From: an uncultured candidatus Porisulfidus sp.
Lineage (GTDB): Bacteria; Pseudomonadota; Gammaproteobacteria; Poriferisulfidales; Poriferisulfidaceae
NCBI GenBank assembly: GCA_965199755.1
Contig: CBDASZ010000001.1
Span: 1-64,000, forward strand
Length of the DNA: 64,000 bases
Direction: 5' to 3'
Part shown: positions 36,812-47,389 of the stretch, in pieces
How positions within the stretch are numbered: position 1 is the stretch's first letter
Layout: each line of letters begins with the position of its first letter
Translations under genes and position numbers: made by a program
The notes under the pieces: generated by a model
The model's database searches: none
Told to the model about the DNA's origin: nothing
What the model saw: only the letters and a program-made list of their open reading frames with translations

Positions 36812-39800
36812 ATGGTCGCAGTGGCCCGACAACTGTGGACGCGAAACTTCACGCCGTTTTTTATTGTTCAGCTCACCGGTGCTTATAACGACAACGTCTT
36901 TCGCAACGCGCTAGTCGCCCTGCTCACATTTCGGGTGGTCGACCTCGCCGGCTTCGGCAGCGCCGAGTTAATCGCCGCCAGTGCTGGCATCTTCATTCTG
37001 CCGTTCCTGCTGTTTTCCGCCACCGGCGGCACGCTGGCGGATCGCTTCCCGCGCCACACGCTGATTCGCTACATCAAACTCGCCGAAGTCGTACTGATGG
37101 CGCTCACCTGGCTCGGCTTCGTACTTGAATCGATTGGCTTTCTGTTCGCCATTCTGTTTCTGACCGGCCTGCAATCAGCCTTGTTCGGCCCGATCAAATA
37201 CGCCATCCTGCCCAGCCTGCTCTCTCCCCAAAACCTGTTAATCGGCAATGCCTGGGTGGCCGCCGGCACCTTCGCCACCATTCTCGCCGGCACTTTATGC
37301 GGCACCCTGCTGATGGCGGTCGATGGCGCAGTGCACTGGGTGCCGAGCCTGCTGGTGCTGTTCGCCGCCATCGGCTACGCCAGCAGCCGATACATCCCGA
37401 CGCAAACCCCAGCCGGTGCCAGTTCCAAGGATCCGCTCAATCCAATTCATGCGACCGGACACATTCTGCACGTCGGTCTGGCGCAGCGACCGCTGGCCTG
37501 GCTGATCGTCGCCATCAGCGGTTTTTGGATGCTCGGCGTCGGCGTCCTCACGCAGCTACCGGTGCTAGTGCGCGACTCACTCGGCGGCGATGAGGTGGCG
37601 CTGGCGATGGCACTGGGTATTTTCAGTCTGGGGGTCGGACTCGGAGCTCTGCTGTGCAATCTGTGCCTGCGCGGACGCTCGCATCCGCGCCTCGCGCCGG
37701 CAGCGGCTCTGCTGATAGCGGTCGGGTTTTGGCTGCTGGCCCAGGTCGAGCCAGTCACCGCCGAAGGGGTTTACGGACTGCTGGAGACACCGCAAGGCCA
37801 GTACGCCAGCGCGGCTCTGCTGTTTCTGGCTATAGCCGGCGGGTTTTACATCGTGCCTCTGTACGCGCTGCTGCAGCAACGTGCCGAAAACGCGCAGCGC
37901 GCCAGAGTCATCGCCTGCAACAACATTGTCAACGCTCTGGCCATGGCGCTGGCCTCCGGCATAACCATCATGATCTACCAGTCCGGCGGCACCATTGAAA
38001 CGCTGTGGCTGAGCTTGGCCATCTTCACTGCCGTCGGCGGCATCGTGCTGCTCAACTTCACCGGCGGCAGCCTGCGCCGGCTGTTGCTGCGGCCTTTCAT
38101 ACAACTGGAAACCTGCGATAAATGGGACCTGCCGCACGGCTGTCTGGTGTTCACGCGCCATGCGAATCGCGCGACCGTCTGGGCACTGGCCGCCACCCTT
38201 CAGGGTCGCCTTGAGATCCACGCCCCAGCCTCCATGCCCCGGCCCGGAATACTGGCGCGATTCGTGATCTTCAAACATCGGGACACCAGCAGCAATGACG
38301 TGCAGAGACCGTCGCCTGATGCACGCAGCCGCGCCGCCATCATCCTGCCGGACCCGGAACACCCGGAATTGCTGCTGACGCTCATGCGCCGCACGTGCGC
38401 TCACGCGACGCATCCCATCGCGGTCGCCAGTGTCAGTGGACCCGCCCGACGCGGCCTGCTTCGCCGCCCGCACATTCGGGTGCATGTTCAGAAATGCACA
38501 CTGCCGCCGCACTCAGAGGACGAGGACGTGGCACAGACGGCGCGGCGTGAATCCTATGTAGTCTACGACAGCTTATGCGCGGCCGAATACCGCGTACGCG
38601 AGCGTGATGAAAGCACCTTGCAATCCGTATATGCCGCGGCGAAACGCTACGGCATGGGCCAGACGGTGCTGGATGATCAGAGTCGCAAACTGAACTACCG
38701 GGACTTGCTGCGCGCGATTCAAGCCATGGCGCTGCTGCTGTGCCGCGCCGTGCCACAGGAAGAGGATACGGTGGGCGTGTTGCTGCCCAACGTCGCCACC
38801 ACACCGATTGTGTTTCTGGGCTTGCACGCGGCAGCGCGGACTCCTGTCATGCTGAATTACACCGCCGGCAATGACAATGTGCGCAGCGCCTGCAATACCG
38901 CGCAACTGCGCTACGTGCTGAGCTCGCGCCAGTTCATCGAGAAAGCCGAACTACAATCTTTGGCTGAGGCCGTGGAGGGCCAATGCACCGTAGTGTATCT
39001 CGAGGATCTGGTGCCGCAACTTACGCTCGGACTCAAACTGCGCGCCGCATGGCGCGCCCTGCACCCGCCACAGGCCACGCCCGTCAACGAAACGGCCGTG
39101 GTGCTGTTTACATCGGGCTCCGAAGGCCATCCCAAGGGCGTGGTGCTCAGCCACCGCAACCTGCAACGCAACCGATGCCAGGTGGAATCGATACTGGACT
39201 TTACATCGCGCGATCGCGTACTTCTATCACTACCGCTGTATCACTCATTCGCACTGGGTGTCGGCTTGCTGATGCCGCTGACGCTCGGCATGCGCTGCCT
39301 GCTGTACCCCAGCCCGCTGCACTACAAGCAGATCCCGAATCTGATTCAGAGCCACGAGATCACCATTTTCTTCTCCACAGATACGTTTTTGAATAATTAC
39401 GCCCAGCACGCCAGCAAGACGCACTTCCAGAGCCTGCGCCTGTTAATCGCCGGAGCGGAACCGCTCAAGCCTAGCACCCACGAACTCTGGAAGACACGCT
39501 TCGGCGTTGACATCTGTCAAGGCTACGGCGTCACCGAAACCTCACCGGCGGTCAGCGCCAACACCCCGATCTGCGCCCACCCCGAATCCGTCGGACGGCT
39601 GATGCCGGCGCAGGAAGCGCGGCTGGCACCTCTTGAAGGCGACGATACGCCGGATCGCGGCCGCCTGATGCTGCGCGGCCCCAATGTGATGCGCGGCTAC
39701 TGGATGCCGGACGCGCCACGGGTCCTGGTACCGCCACCGGATGGCTGGCATGACACCGGCGACATCGCCGAGTTTGATGCCATTGGTTTTCTGTACTTGC

Positions 39801-40126
39801 GTGGACGCGCCAAGCGCTTCGCCAAAATCGGCGGCGAGATGGTGTCGCTGGCGCACGTCGAGCAAAAAGTCGCCGAAGCATGGACGCAATACGCGCATCA
39901 TGTCTGCGCGGTGCGCCACTCCAACCGCGGCGAAACGCTGGTGCTTCTGACAACCCACCCGCAGCCGGATCACAGTGAATTGCGGGAGGAGTTGCGGGAG
40001 AAAGGCTTGTCCAACCTGGCCCATCCGCGCCACCTGCTGTCGGTTGAAGAACTGCCGCTGCTCGGCAGTGGCAAAGTGGATTTGCGCCGCGCCCAGGAAC
40101 TGGCGCAATCGGTGGTGCTAGACTAG
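36812..40126 (+). CDS. aas: Aas-like fusion: LplT-type MFS transporter, degenerate acyltransferase, acyl-ACP synthetase (AMP-binding)
   Basis: GAYNDN..RN, FILPF.LFS, FGPIKY (MFS); FTSGSEG.PKG, GYG.TE, DTGD, GRAKRFAKIGGE, GSGK (adenylation). Confidence 0.85.
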   Translation: MVAVARQLWTRNFTPFFIVQLTGAYNDNVFRNALVALLTFRVVDLAGFGSAELIAASAGIFILPFLLFSATGGTLADRFPRHTLIRYIKLAEVVLMALTWLGFVLESIGFLFAILFLTGLQSALFGPIKYAILPSLLSPQNLLIGNAWVAAGTFATILAGTLCGTLLMAVDGAVHWVPSLLVLFAAIGYASSRYIPTQTPAGASSKDPLNPIHATGHILHVGLAQRPLAWLIVAISGFWMLGVGVLTQLPVLVRDSLGGDEVALAMALGIFSLGVGLGALLCNLCLRGRSHPRLAPAAALLIAVGFWLLAQVEPVTAEGVYGLLETPQGQYASAALLFLAIAGGFYIVPLYALLQQRAENAQRARVIACNNIVNALAMALASGITIMIYQSGGTIETLWLSLAIFTAVGGIVLLNFTGGSLRRLLLRPFIQLETCDKWDLPHGCLVFTRHANRATVWALAATLQGRLEIHAPASMPRPGILARFVIFKHRDTSSNDVQRPSPDARSRAAIILPDPEHPELLLTLMRRTCAHATHPIAVASVSGPARRGLLRRPHIRVHVQKCTLPPHSEDEDVAQTARRESYVVYDSLCAAEYRVRERDESTLQSVYAAAKRYGMGQTVLDDQSRKLNYRDLLRAIQAMALLLCRAVPQEEDTVGVLLPNVATTPIVFLGLHAAARTPVMLNYTAGNDNVRSACNTAQLRYVLSSRQFIEKAELQSLAEAVEGQCTVVYLEDLVPQLTLGLKLRAAWRALHPPQATPVNETAVVLFTSGSEGHPKGVVLSHRNLQRNRCQVESILDFTSRDRVLLSLPLYHSFALGVGLLMPLTLGMRCLLYPSPLHYKQIPNLIQSHEITIFFSTDTFLNNYAQHASKTHFQSLRLLIAGAEPLKPSTHELWKTRFGVDICQGYGVTETSPAVSANTPICAHPESVGRLMPAQEARLAPLEGDDTPDRGRLMLRGPNVMRGYWMPDAPRVLVPPPDGWHDTGDIAEFDAIGFLYLRGRAKRFAKIGGEMVSLAHVEQKVAEAWTQYAHHVCAVRHSNRGETLVLLTTHPQPDHSELREELREKGLSNLAHPRHLLSVEELPLLGSGKVDLRRAQELAQSVVLD

Positions 40127-40176
40127 GGGAATAATCGGAGCAGGAAATCAACCTGCGGGAGTTTTCGCACTCGACC

Positions 40177-41685
40177 ATGCTTGGGAAAACTTTTGAGCCA
40201 TCATTCGATCTGTTCGTGATCGCAATGGATGTGCTGGCGTCCGCCTTTCTGCTGTTTATTGGCAGTTTGCTGTTGCTGGCGATGGTGATGTACATCAGCG
40301 ATGTCACCCAGACCCGGCATGCGGTACGGCGCAACTATCCCGTCATCGGGCGCTTTCGCTACCTGTTCGAACATCTGGGCGAATTCTTCCGGCAATATTT
40401 CTTCGCCATGGACCGCGAAGAGATGCCCTTCAACCGTGCACAGCGCTCATGGGTGTACCGCGCCAGCAAGAACCTCAACGACACCGTGCCGTTCGGCTCC
40501 ACCCGCGACCTGACCCGCCCCGGCGGCATCCTGTTCGTCAACGCCCCTTATCCGGACCCGCCTAATACCGACCCGGTCGATCCGCAAGTAATCGGCCCGG
40601 ACTGCGAACAGCCGTATGAGACCGATCATTTCTTTCACATCTCCGGCATGAGTTACGGTGCCATCTCGAAAGTGGCCGTGCAGGCGCTGTCGCACGGGGC
40701 GGCGAAAGCGGGCTGCTGGCTCAACACCGGCGAAGGCGGCGTCTCCCCATATCATCTTGAAGGCGGCGCGGATCTGGTGGTTCAGATCGGCACAGCGAAA
40801 TACGGCGTGCGCGACGAGCAGGGAAATTTCTCTATGGACCGGCTCCAGGAACTCGCCGAGCTCCCGCAAGTGCGCATGTTCGAGATCAAATTGTCACAAG
40901 GTGCCAAACCCGGCAAGGGCGGGTTGCTGCCAGCCTCCAAGGTGAGTGCCGAAGTCGCGCGCATCCGCAACATCCCGGAGGGGAAAAGTTCCGTCAGCCC
41001 CAGCCGCCACGCCGAAATCCGCAATGCCGATGAGTTGCTTGACATGGTCGCGCTGATTCGCGAAACCACCGGGCGTCCGGTCGGCTTCAAGGCCGTGCTC
41101 GGCTCCGAGCAGGCGGCGGATGAGTGGGTGGAAGCGATCCTCCGGCGCGGGACCGCATCCGCCCCGGACTTTATCACCATCGATGGCGGCGACGGCGGCT
41201 CTGGCGCAGCCCCCATGCCGCTGATTGATTCGGTGGGCCTGCCATTGCGTGAAAGCTTGCCAATGCTGACTGACCGGCTTGCGCAAAGCGGCCTCAACAA
41301 GCGCATACAGGTGATTGCTTCCGGCAAGTTGATTACGCCGATGGACGCCGCGTGGGCCTTGTGTCTGGGTGCGAATTTTGTGAACTCGGCGCGCGCCTTC
41401 ATGTTCGCACTCGGCTGCATTCAGGCCTTACAATGCGACCGCAATACCTGCCCGACCGGGGTCACCACCCACAACCCTCAATTGCAGCAAGGACTCAACC
41501 CGCAAAACAAGACCAATCGCGTCGCGCATTTGTCCGCCAATATGGAAGCGCAAGTGGAAATGATCGCGCATTCCTGCGGCATCAGTTCGTCGCGCCATTT
41601 CGACCGCTCTCACGCACGGGTGGTGCAGCCTGGTGGGCTTAGCATATCACTCGAAACGCTGTACACCAACAACCGGGCCGCATAA
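40177..41685 (+). CDS. FMN-binding glutamate synthase family protein with N-terminal TM helix
   Basis: ISGMSYGA, NTGEGG, EIKLSQGAKPGKGG, DG.DGG.GAAP, CIQALQCDRNTCP Fe-S motif. Confidence 0.9.
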   Translation: MLGKTFEPSFDLFVIAMDVLASAFLLFIGSLLLLAMVMYISDVTQTRHAVRRNYPVIGRFRYLFEHLGEFFRQYFFAMDREEMPFNRAQRSWVYRASKNLNDTVPFGSTRDLTRPGGILFVNAPYPDPPNTDPVDPQVIGPDCEQPYETDHFFHISGMSYGAISKVAVQALSHGAAKAGCWLNTGEGGVSPYHLEGGADLVVQIGTAKYGVRDEQGNFSMDRLQELAELPQVRMFEIKLSQGAKPGKGGLLPASKVSAEVARIRNIPEGKSSVSPSRHAEIRNADELLDMVALIRETTGRPVGFKAVLGSEQAADEWVEAILRRGTASAPDFITIDGGDGGSGAAPMPLIDSVGLPLRESLPMLTDRLAQSGLNKRIQVIASGKLITPMDAAWALCLGANFVNSARAFMFALGCIQALQCDRNTCPTGVTTHNPQLQQGLNPQNKTNRVAHLSANMEAQVEMIAHSCGISSSRHFDRSHARVVQPGGLSISLETLYTNNRAA

Positions 41686-41687
41686 AC

Positions 41688-42932
41688 ATGATCCTCGGTT
41701 CCGCCCTGTTTATCGTCGCTGTCTTGCTGGTGCTCGGTCTGCTGCTGCGGCCACTGGCCAACCGTCTGCTGCTGCCCTTCGAGGCGCTGCTGCTGGCGCT
41801 CGGCTTCGCCTTCGGCAGCCTTTACGTCGACGCCCAGCAACTCGGCATTGAGCCTGATGTACTGCGCACCTTGGTGTTCTACGTGGTGCTGCCAGTGCTG
41901 ATCTTCTCCACCGCCTACAGTATCAATGCGCCGCAACTGGCGCGCAATCTGCTGAGTCTGCTGATTCTGGCCGTGCCGGTGGCGCTTATCTCGCTAGCAT
42001 TGAGCAGTGTGCTGATCTACTACGGTATCGGGCATCCGAGCGGCTTCCCCTGGCTCGCCGCGCTACTCACCGGCACCATGCTGATGGCCACCGACAACCG
42101 TGCGCTGCGACACACCTTCGAGCATCTGGGCCTGTCGGATGAATTGCGGGTGCTTATCAACGGCGAGGATCTGCTCAACAACGCCACCAGCATCGTGCTG
42201 TTCACCTTGATTTTGGGCTTCGCCACACAAGGCATGCCGACGCCGAGCCAGGTGATGGGCTTTCTGGTCTGGAACGTACTCGGAGGCATCCTCATCGGGT
42301 TGATACTGGGTTTCATCGCGCTGGTCTTTCTGCGGATGCGCAAGCCTGAAACGGTCGAGCGCGCCATCCTGACCGTGCTGGTTGCCCATTTGTCCTATCT
42401 GGTGGCCGATCAGTTGCTGGGGGCCTCCGGGGTGCTGTCGGTGCTGATTGCCGCTTTGATCATGGGCCGCACCATGCACGAGGATCTGTACGCCGCGCAC
42501 GATGACTTCGTCGATGAGTTCTGGCATCTGAGCGCCAGTTTGTCAGGCTACCTGCTGTATGTGGTTCTGGGTCTGCTGATTACGTTGGATCTGAACCTGT
42601 TTAGCGATCGCTGGCTGGCGATTTTGATTGGTGCCGGTGCCGTCGTGCTGGCGCGCATTGTCGGACTGGCGGTGATCATGCCGATTCTGGTCCAGCGCCA
42701 CAGCCATCTGATCGACGTCGCCCACCACAACATCCTGTTCTTCACCGGGACGCGCGGCGCGGTGACGCTCGGTCTGGCACTGAGTGTGCCGCCGGATCTG
42801 GAGTATTACTGGACCATTGAGGCGATCGGGTTTGGGGTCGTGCTGCTGACCCTGCTGGCGCAAGCGCCCTTCCTGGAATTGTTCCGCAAGAAGAAAAAAA
42901 ACGGTCTCGAAACTGATCCCACAGGAACCTGA
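41688..42932 (+). CDS. CPA1-family cation:proton antiporter
   Basis: About 12 TM segments, LP.LIF, ATD, GE.LLN, SGV, RGAVTL.LAL. Confidence 0.85.
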   Translation: MILGSALFIVAVLLVLGLLLRPLANRLLLPFEALLLALGFAFGSLYVDAQQLGIEPDVLRTLVFYVVLPVLIFSTAYSINAPQLARNLLSLLILAVPVALISLALSSVLIYYGIGHPSGFPWLAALLTGTMLMATDNRALRHTFEHLGLSDELRVLINGEDLLNNATSIVLFTLILGFATQGMPTPSQVMGFLVWNVLGGILIGLILGFIALVFLRMRKPETVERAILTVLVAHLSYLVADQLLGASGVLSVLIAALIMGRTMHEDLYAAHDDFVDEFWHLSASLSGYLLYVVLGLLITLDLNLFSDRWLAILIGAGAVVLARIVGLAVIMPILVQRHSHLIDVAHHNILFFTGTRGAVTLGLALSVPPDLEYYWTIEAIGFGVVLLTLLAQAPFLELFRKKKKNGLETDPTGT

Positions 42933-42998
42933 GCCATCACGCTTGGGCAGTTTCTCCGTTAATTCCCTATAATTAGACTCCGCATAGGGGGCCAAACA

Positions 42999-43481
42999 GT
43001 GGAGCTGGCTTTAAAACAACGGCTGCTGGGTGCCGTAGTCCTGATTTCCATCGGCATCATTGTGATTCCGATGCTCCTCGACACCACGCCGCAGGAACCC
43101 GTCGCACCGCTGGCGACCACTCAGGTCGAGCAGCTGACTTTCACGCACCAGTCACTGCCGGAGGCATTGCCGTCGGAAGTTCAGGAAGTGTTCCCGGAAC
43201 AGGACCCGCTCACCGCATCCAGTGATGAACGGCGCGAGAAATGGTTTGTGCAGGTCGGATTGTTCGCCGATCAAGGCAACGCGAAAAAACTGCAGGTACG
43301 CATGAAGGAAGCGGGCTATCGCTCCGAGTTGGTCGCACAAGAGCGCGACGGCAAACAAATGCAACTGGTCTGGGTAGGCCCCTACTACTCGCAGTCTGAA
43401 GCGGAACATGTGCTGCAGGGAATCAAGAAGAAAGCCGCACTGACGGACGCACATAAGGGCTGGGTCGTCAAACAACTGTGA
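42999..43481 (+). CDS. dedD: SPOR-domain cell division protein DedD
   Basis: LKQRLLGA.VL N-terminal anchor, SPOR W.VQVG.F...VGP; upstream of cvpA-purF. Confidence 0.82.
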   Translation: MELALKQRLLGAVVLISIGIIVIPMLLDTTPQEPVAPLATTQVEQLTFTHQSLPEALPSEVQEVFPEQDPLTASSDERREKWFVQVGLFADQGNAKKLQVRMKEAGYRSELVAQERDGKQMQLVWVGPYYSQSEAEHVLQGIKKKAALTDAHKGWVVKQL

Positions 43482-44029
43482 GCGTTCTTGGGGCGACCAT
43501 TCTGGACGTGGTGATCACGGCCATCCTCCTGATTTCCGGGACCCTGAGTTGGGTGCGCGGCTTTGCGGAAGAACTGGTGACCCTGCTGTGCTGGGCGCTG
43601 GCGCTGTTCGTCGGCATTCAGTTCGCCGAATTTGGCGCGCAATTCATCCCTGAGTCCTGGGACACGGTCAGCATCGGCGGGCGGCACTACGGACTGAGTG
43701 AGTTTCACACGCTGTTCGCCGGTTTTGTGCTGGTGCTGATCACCTTCATTCTGGCCTCACAACTGCACCGACTGCTCGACCCCCTGATGCAAAACAATAT
43801 CATGCGCCGCGGCAACCGCGCGATCGGCTTTGTATTCGGACTGGTGCGCGGCAGTGTCGTAGTACTGATGCTGGTGCTGATTCTCGGCACCACCACGGTG
43901 CCGCAATCCGGCTTCTGGCAGGAATCCCAACTGATCCCGTACTTCGTCGGTGCCGCGCAGCACATCATCGACTGGATGCCGGAAAGCTGGCACCATTATT
44001 TCCACTACCCCGCGGCCACGGCGGTATAA
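43478..44029 (+). CDS. cvpA: CvpA family membrane protein
   Basis: RGF..E, R..G..FG..RG, W.ES motifs; between dedD and purF. Confidence 0.9.
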   Translation: MSVLGATILDVVITAILLISGTLSWVRGFAEELVTLLCWALALFVGIQFAEFGAQFIPESWDTVSIGGRHYGLSEFHTLFAGFVLVLITFILASQLHRLLDPLMQNNIMRRGNRAIGFVFGLVRGSVVVLMLVLILGTTTVPQSGFWQESQLIPYFVGAAQHIIDWMPESWHHYFHYPAATAV

Positions 44030-44040
44030 CGGAGACCCTT

Positions 44041-45510
44041 ATGTGCGGACTGATTGGCATCGCCGGGCACTCACCGGCGGCGGAACCCCTCCACGAAGGA
44101 CTCACCGTGCTGCAGCACCGCGGTCAAGACGCCGCTGGACTGACCACCTACGACGGACAAGACCACTTCCATGAGGTGCGCGGCAATGGACTGATCCGCG
44201 ATGTATTCCGCGGCAAGAAAATGTCGCGCCTGAAGGGCAATATCGGCATCGGTCACTTGCGCTATCCGACCGCCGGCACCGAAAAGTCCGAAGAAGCGCA
44301 GCCGCTGTATGTCAATTCGCCCTACGGCATCGCGCTGGCCCACAACGGCAATCTAATCAACACTCGCGAACTGCGGCTGGAGTTGTTCCGTGAAGACCGT
44401 CGCCACATCAACACCGAATCCGACTCCGAAATTCTGCTGAATGTGCTGGCGCATGAATTGCTGGAGCAGCCTGAGCCGCAGTCGAATGATCCGCAGAGTG
44501 TTTTCCGCGCCGTCAGTGCCGTCAATCGCCGCTGCACCGGTGCCTACGCTGCGGTCTGCCTGATCGCGGGCTGGGGCATTTTGGCCTTCCGCGACCCGCA
44601 CGGCATCCGCCCGCTGGTGTACGGCAAGCGCGAGACCGAGCACGGCCCGGAGCATATGGTGGCATCGGAAAGCGTCGCCCTCGACATGCTGGGATTCACG
44701 CTGGAACGTGATCTGTATCCGGGCGAAGCCATACTGCTGGGCCTTGATGGCAGCGTGCACAGTGAGATCTGCGGTACGGCGCAAAACCATACGCCATGCA
44801 TCTTCGAGTATGTGTATTTCGCGCGACCGGATTCCGTGATGAATGGCATTTCGGTGCAGCGCTCGCGCATGCGCATGGGCAAGCGGCTGGCCAACCGGAT
44901 CCTGCGCGAATGGCCTGACCACGACATCGATGTGGTGATTCCGATCCCCGACACCAGCCGCACGGCGGCGCTGGAGATGGCTTACCGACTGAACCGGCCG
45001 TATCGGGAAGGCTTCATCAAGAATCGCTACATTGGCCGCACCTTCATCATGCCGGAATCCACCATGCGCCGCCAGTCCGTGCGCCGCAAACTTAACCCGA
45101 TTCGCAACGAATACGAAGGCACCAATGTACTGCTGGTCGATGATTCCATCGTGCGTGGCACCACCTCGCGCGAAATCGTGCAAATGGCGCGCGACGCCGG
45201 TGCCAACAAGGTGTATTTCTCATCCGCATCACCGCCGATCCGCTACCCGAACATTTACGGCATCGATATGCCCACCGCCAAGGAATTGATCGCGCATGAT
45301 CGCAGTACACAGGAAGTATGTGACGCCATTGGCGCGGACCGGCTGATTTATCAGGATCATGCGGATCTGATCGCGGCGGTTCAGGAAGGTAATCCGGAAT
45401 TGCAGCACTTCGACAGTTCTGTGTTCACTGGCGAATACATCACCGGCATCCCCGACGGATACCTTGATGAACTGGAACAGTATCGAGGCGCACGCGAACG
45501 TGCCACCTGA
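44041..45510 (+). CDS. purF: Amidophosphoribosyltransferase
   Basis: MCG N-terminus, LQHRGQD, HNGNL, CIFEYVYFARPDS, VDDSIVRGTT. Confidence 0.97.
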   Translation: MCGLIGIAGHSPAAEPLHEGLTVLQHRGQDAAGLTTYDGQDHFHEVRGNGLIRDVFRGKKMSRLKGNIGIGHLRYPTAGTEKSEEAQPLYVNSPYGIALAHNGNLINTRELRLELFREDRRHINTESDSEILLNVLAHELLEQPEPQSNDPQSVFRAVSAVNRRCTGAYAAVCLIAGWGILAFRDPHGIRPLVYGKRETEHGPEHMVASESVALDMLGFTLERDLYPGEAILLGLDGSVHSEICGTAQNHTPCIFEYVYFARPDSVMNGISVQRSRMRMGKRLANRILREWPDHDIDVVIPIPDTSRTAALEMAYRLNRPYREGFIKNRYIGRTFIMPESTMRRQSVRRKLNPIRNEYEGTNVLLVDDSIVRGTTSREIVQMARDAGANKVYFSSASPPIRYPNIYGIDMPTAKELIAHDRSTQEVCDAIGADRLIYQDHADLIAAVQEGNPELQHFDSSVFTGEYITGIPDGYLDELEQYRGARERAT

Positions 45511-45514
45511 AACC

Positions 45515-46087
45515 ATGAGTACGGCTGCTGAAATCACCTCCATTGAAGAGGAAGATCTGGTACACGCGCGCGAAGCCTGCGCACGTTTCCCGCAGTGCCA
45601 CCACCATCCTGTCTGCATCATCAGCGTACGCGACCAGGTGATGAAACTGGTGGAGGACGATCAAATCGTGCAAACCTATCCGGTCTCCACATCCCGTTAC
45701 GGCACCGGCGCTGAAGTCGACAGCTTCAAAACCCCGACTGGTGCGCACCGCATCGCCGAGCGCATCGGTGACGGCGTGCCGCTGCATACGATTTTCCGCG
45801 CCCGCGTGGCGCAACCTGAAATCGCTGAAGTGGAGATGCGCCCGCACCGCACCAAAGAAGATTGCATCACCACGCGCATCTTGTGGCTCGATGGACTGGA
45901 GCCCGGTCGCAATCAGGGCGGTGATGTGGACTCCAAGGAGCGCTTCATTTATATTCACGGCACCCATGAAGAAGGATTGCTCGGACAAGCCGCTTCAGTC
46001 GGCTGCATTCGTATGAGCGCCACCGATGTGGCGGAGTTGTTTGACCGGGTCCAGGTCGGAACCCTCGTGCTGATTCTGCCCACATGA
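45515..46087 (+). CDS. YkuD/ErfK-family L,D-transpeptidase
   Basis: YPVSTS, TP.G.H, IYIHGT...S.GCIRM catalytic His/Cys. Confidence 0.88.
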   Translation: MSTAAEITSIEEEDLVHAREACARFPQCHHHPVCIISVRDQVMKLVEDDQIVQTYPVSTSRYGTGAEVDSFKTPTGAHRIAERIGDGVPLHTIFRARVAQPEIAEVEMRPHRTKEDCITTRILWLDGLEPGRNQGGDVDSKERFIYIHGTHEEGLLGQAASVGCIRMSATDVAELFDRVQVGTLVLILPT

Positions 46088-47328
46088 GCGGTCTGGAGAA
46101 ACGGCGGGCGCATCGCGCCGCGATGCTGCGTGACATTTTGGATGCCGCCATCGCGCGGGTCCGCGGCGACAGCGCGGTGCAGGAATGGCTCAAGGCCCAT
46201 CCGGAAGCGGGCGGCGATCACTTGATCGCCATCGGCAAGGCCGCCTCGGCGATGGCCCGCGGTGCCTTGCAGGAAAGAGACTTCGTCCGTGGCCTTGTCA
46301 TCACCAAGCACGACCATCTGGAAACGGATCTGGAGGGTGCCGCGCATATTGACTGTCTGGAATCCGATCACCCGGTGCCGGGTAGCGCTAGTCTGGAAGC
46401 CGGCCAACGACTGCTGGAATTTCTGGAGAAAGCGCCTGCGGATGCTTCGTTTCTGATCTTGATTTCAGGCGGCGCTTCAAGTCTGGTCGAGGCGCTTGCC
46501 CCGGGACTGGAACTTGATGATCTGCGTCGACTCACCGACCACTTGCTGAGCGAGGGACTGGACATAGCCCAGATGAACGCGGTGCGCCGTTCTATTTCGC
46601 GCATTAAGGGCGGACGACTGACGCATTATCTCAATGGACGCAAGACTATTGCGCTAATGATCTCTGACGTGCCCGAGAATGACCCGGCTGTGATCGGCTC
46701 CGGCCCGGTGACGCCGGAACCGGATACCACGCTTCCCGACGCGCTCAGTGCCTCCACGCTTGAAATTCTGGAGAAAGCGCAGCGTATACGCGCGCCTGAT
46801 GCTAGTGCTTTTTCCAATCTGCAATCCTATATCGTTGCAACACTCGGAGACGCCAAGCTGGCGGCGATGGATTATGCGTATGAGCTGGACTACTCGGTGA
46901 CCGCATATCCGCGATTTCTGGAAGGCGACGCGGAAGAGATCGGCTTGGCCTTGGCGCGACAGCTGAATGATTCATTCGCTGGCATTCATATCTGGGGCGG
47001 AGAGACCACTGTGCGGCTTCCCGAAAACCCAGGCCGCGGCGGGCGCAACCAGCATTTGGCGCTGGCAGCGGCCCAATTACTGGATGGTTATCGGCGCGTG
47101 GGGCTGTTGGCCTGCGGCACCGACGGCACCGATGGACCAACCGAAGATGCTGGCGGCGTGGTGGACGGCCACACTCTGAATTCTGGCCGGGAATTGGGCA
47201 TGGATGCGCACGATTACCTTGCACGCGCCGACGCAGGCACCTATCTGGACGGCGTCGGTGGACTGGTGACTACCGGTCCCACAGGCACCAATGTTATGGA
47301 TCTGGTGGTTGCGATCAAAGAGCACTAG
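46084..47328 (+). CDS. Glycerate kinase type 2 / TtuD (DUF4147-MOFRL) family
   Basis: AIGKAA, HPVP, LISGGASSL, KGG.L, ISDV, GGETTV, GRGGRNQ, GTDG.DG, TGTNVMD. Confidence 0.9.
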   Translation: MSGLEKRRAHRAAMLRDILDAAIARVRGDSAVQEWLKAHPEAGGDHLIAIGKAASAMARGALQERDFVRGLVITKHDHLETDLEGAAHIDCLESDHPVPGSASLEAGQRLLEFLEKAPADASFLILISGGASSLVEALAPGLELDDLRRLTDHLLSEGLDIAQMNAVRRSISRIKGGRLTHYLNGRKTIALMISDVPENDPAVIGSGPVTPEPDTTLPDALSASTLEILEKAQRIRAPDASAFSNLQSYIVATLGDAKLAAMDYAYELDYSVTAYPRFLEGDAEEIGLALARQLNDSFAGIHIWGGETTVRLPENPGRGGRNQHLALAAAQLLDGYRRVGLLACGTDGTDGPTEDAGGVVDGHTLNSGRELGMDAHDYLARADAGTYLDGVGGLVTTGPTGTNVMDLVVAIKEH

Positions 47329-47389
47329 ACGCACAAGCATTGCAGCATACCATTAATGTTGATGTTATTTTTTACATCAAAGACAACCT

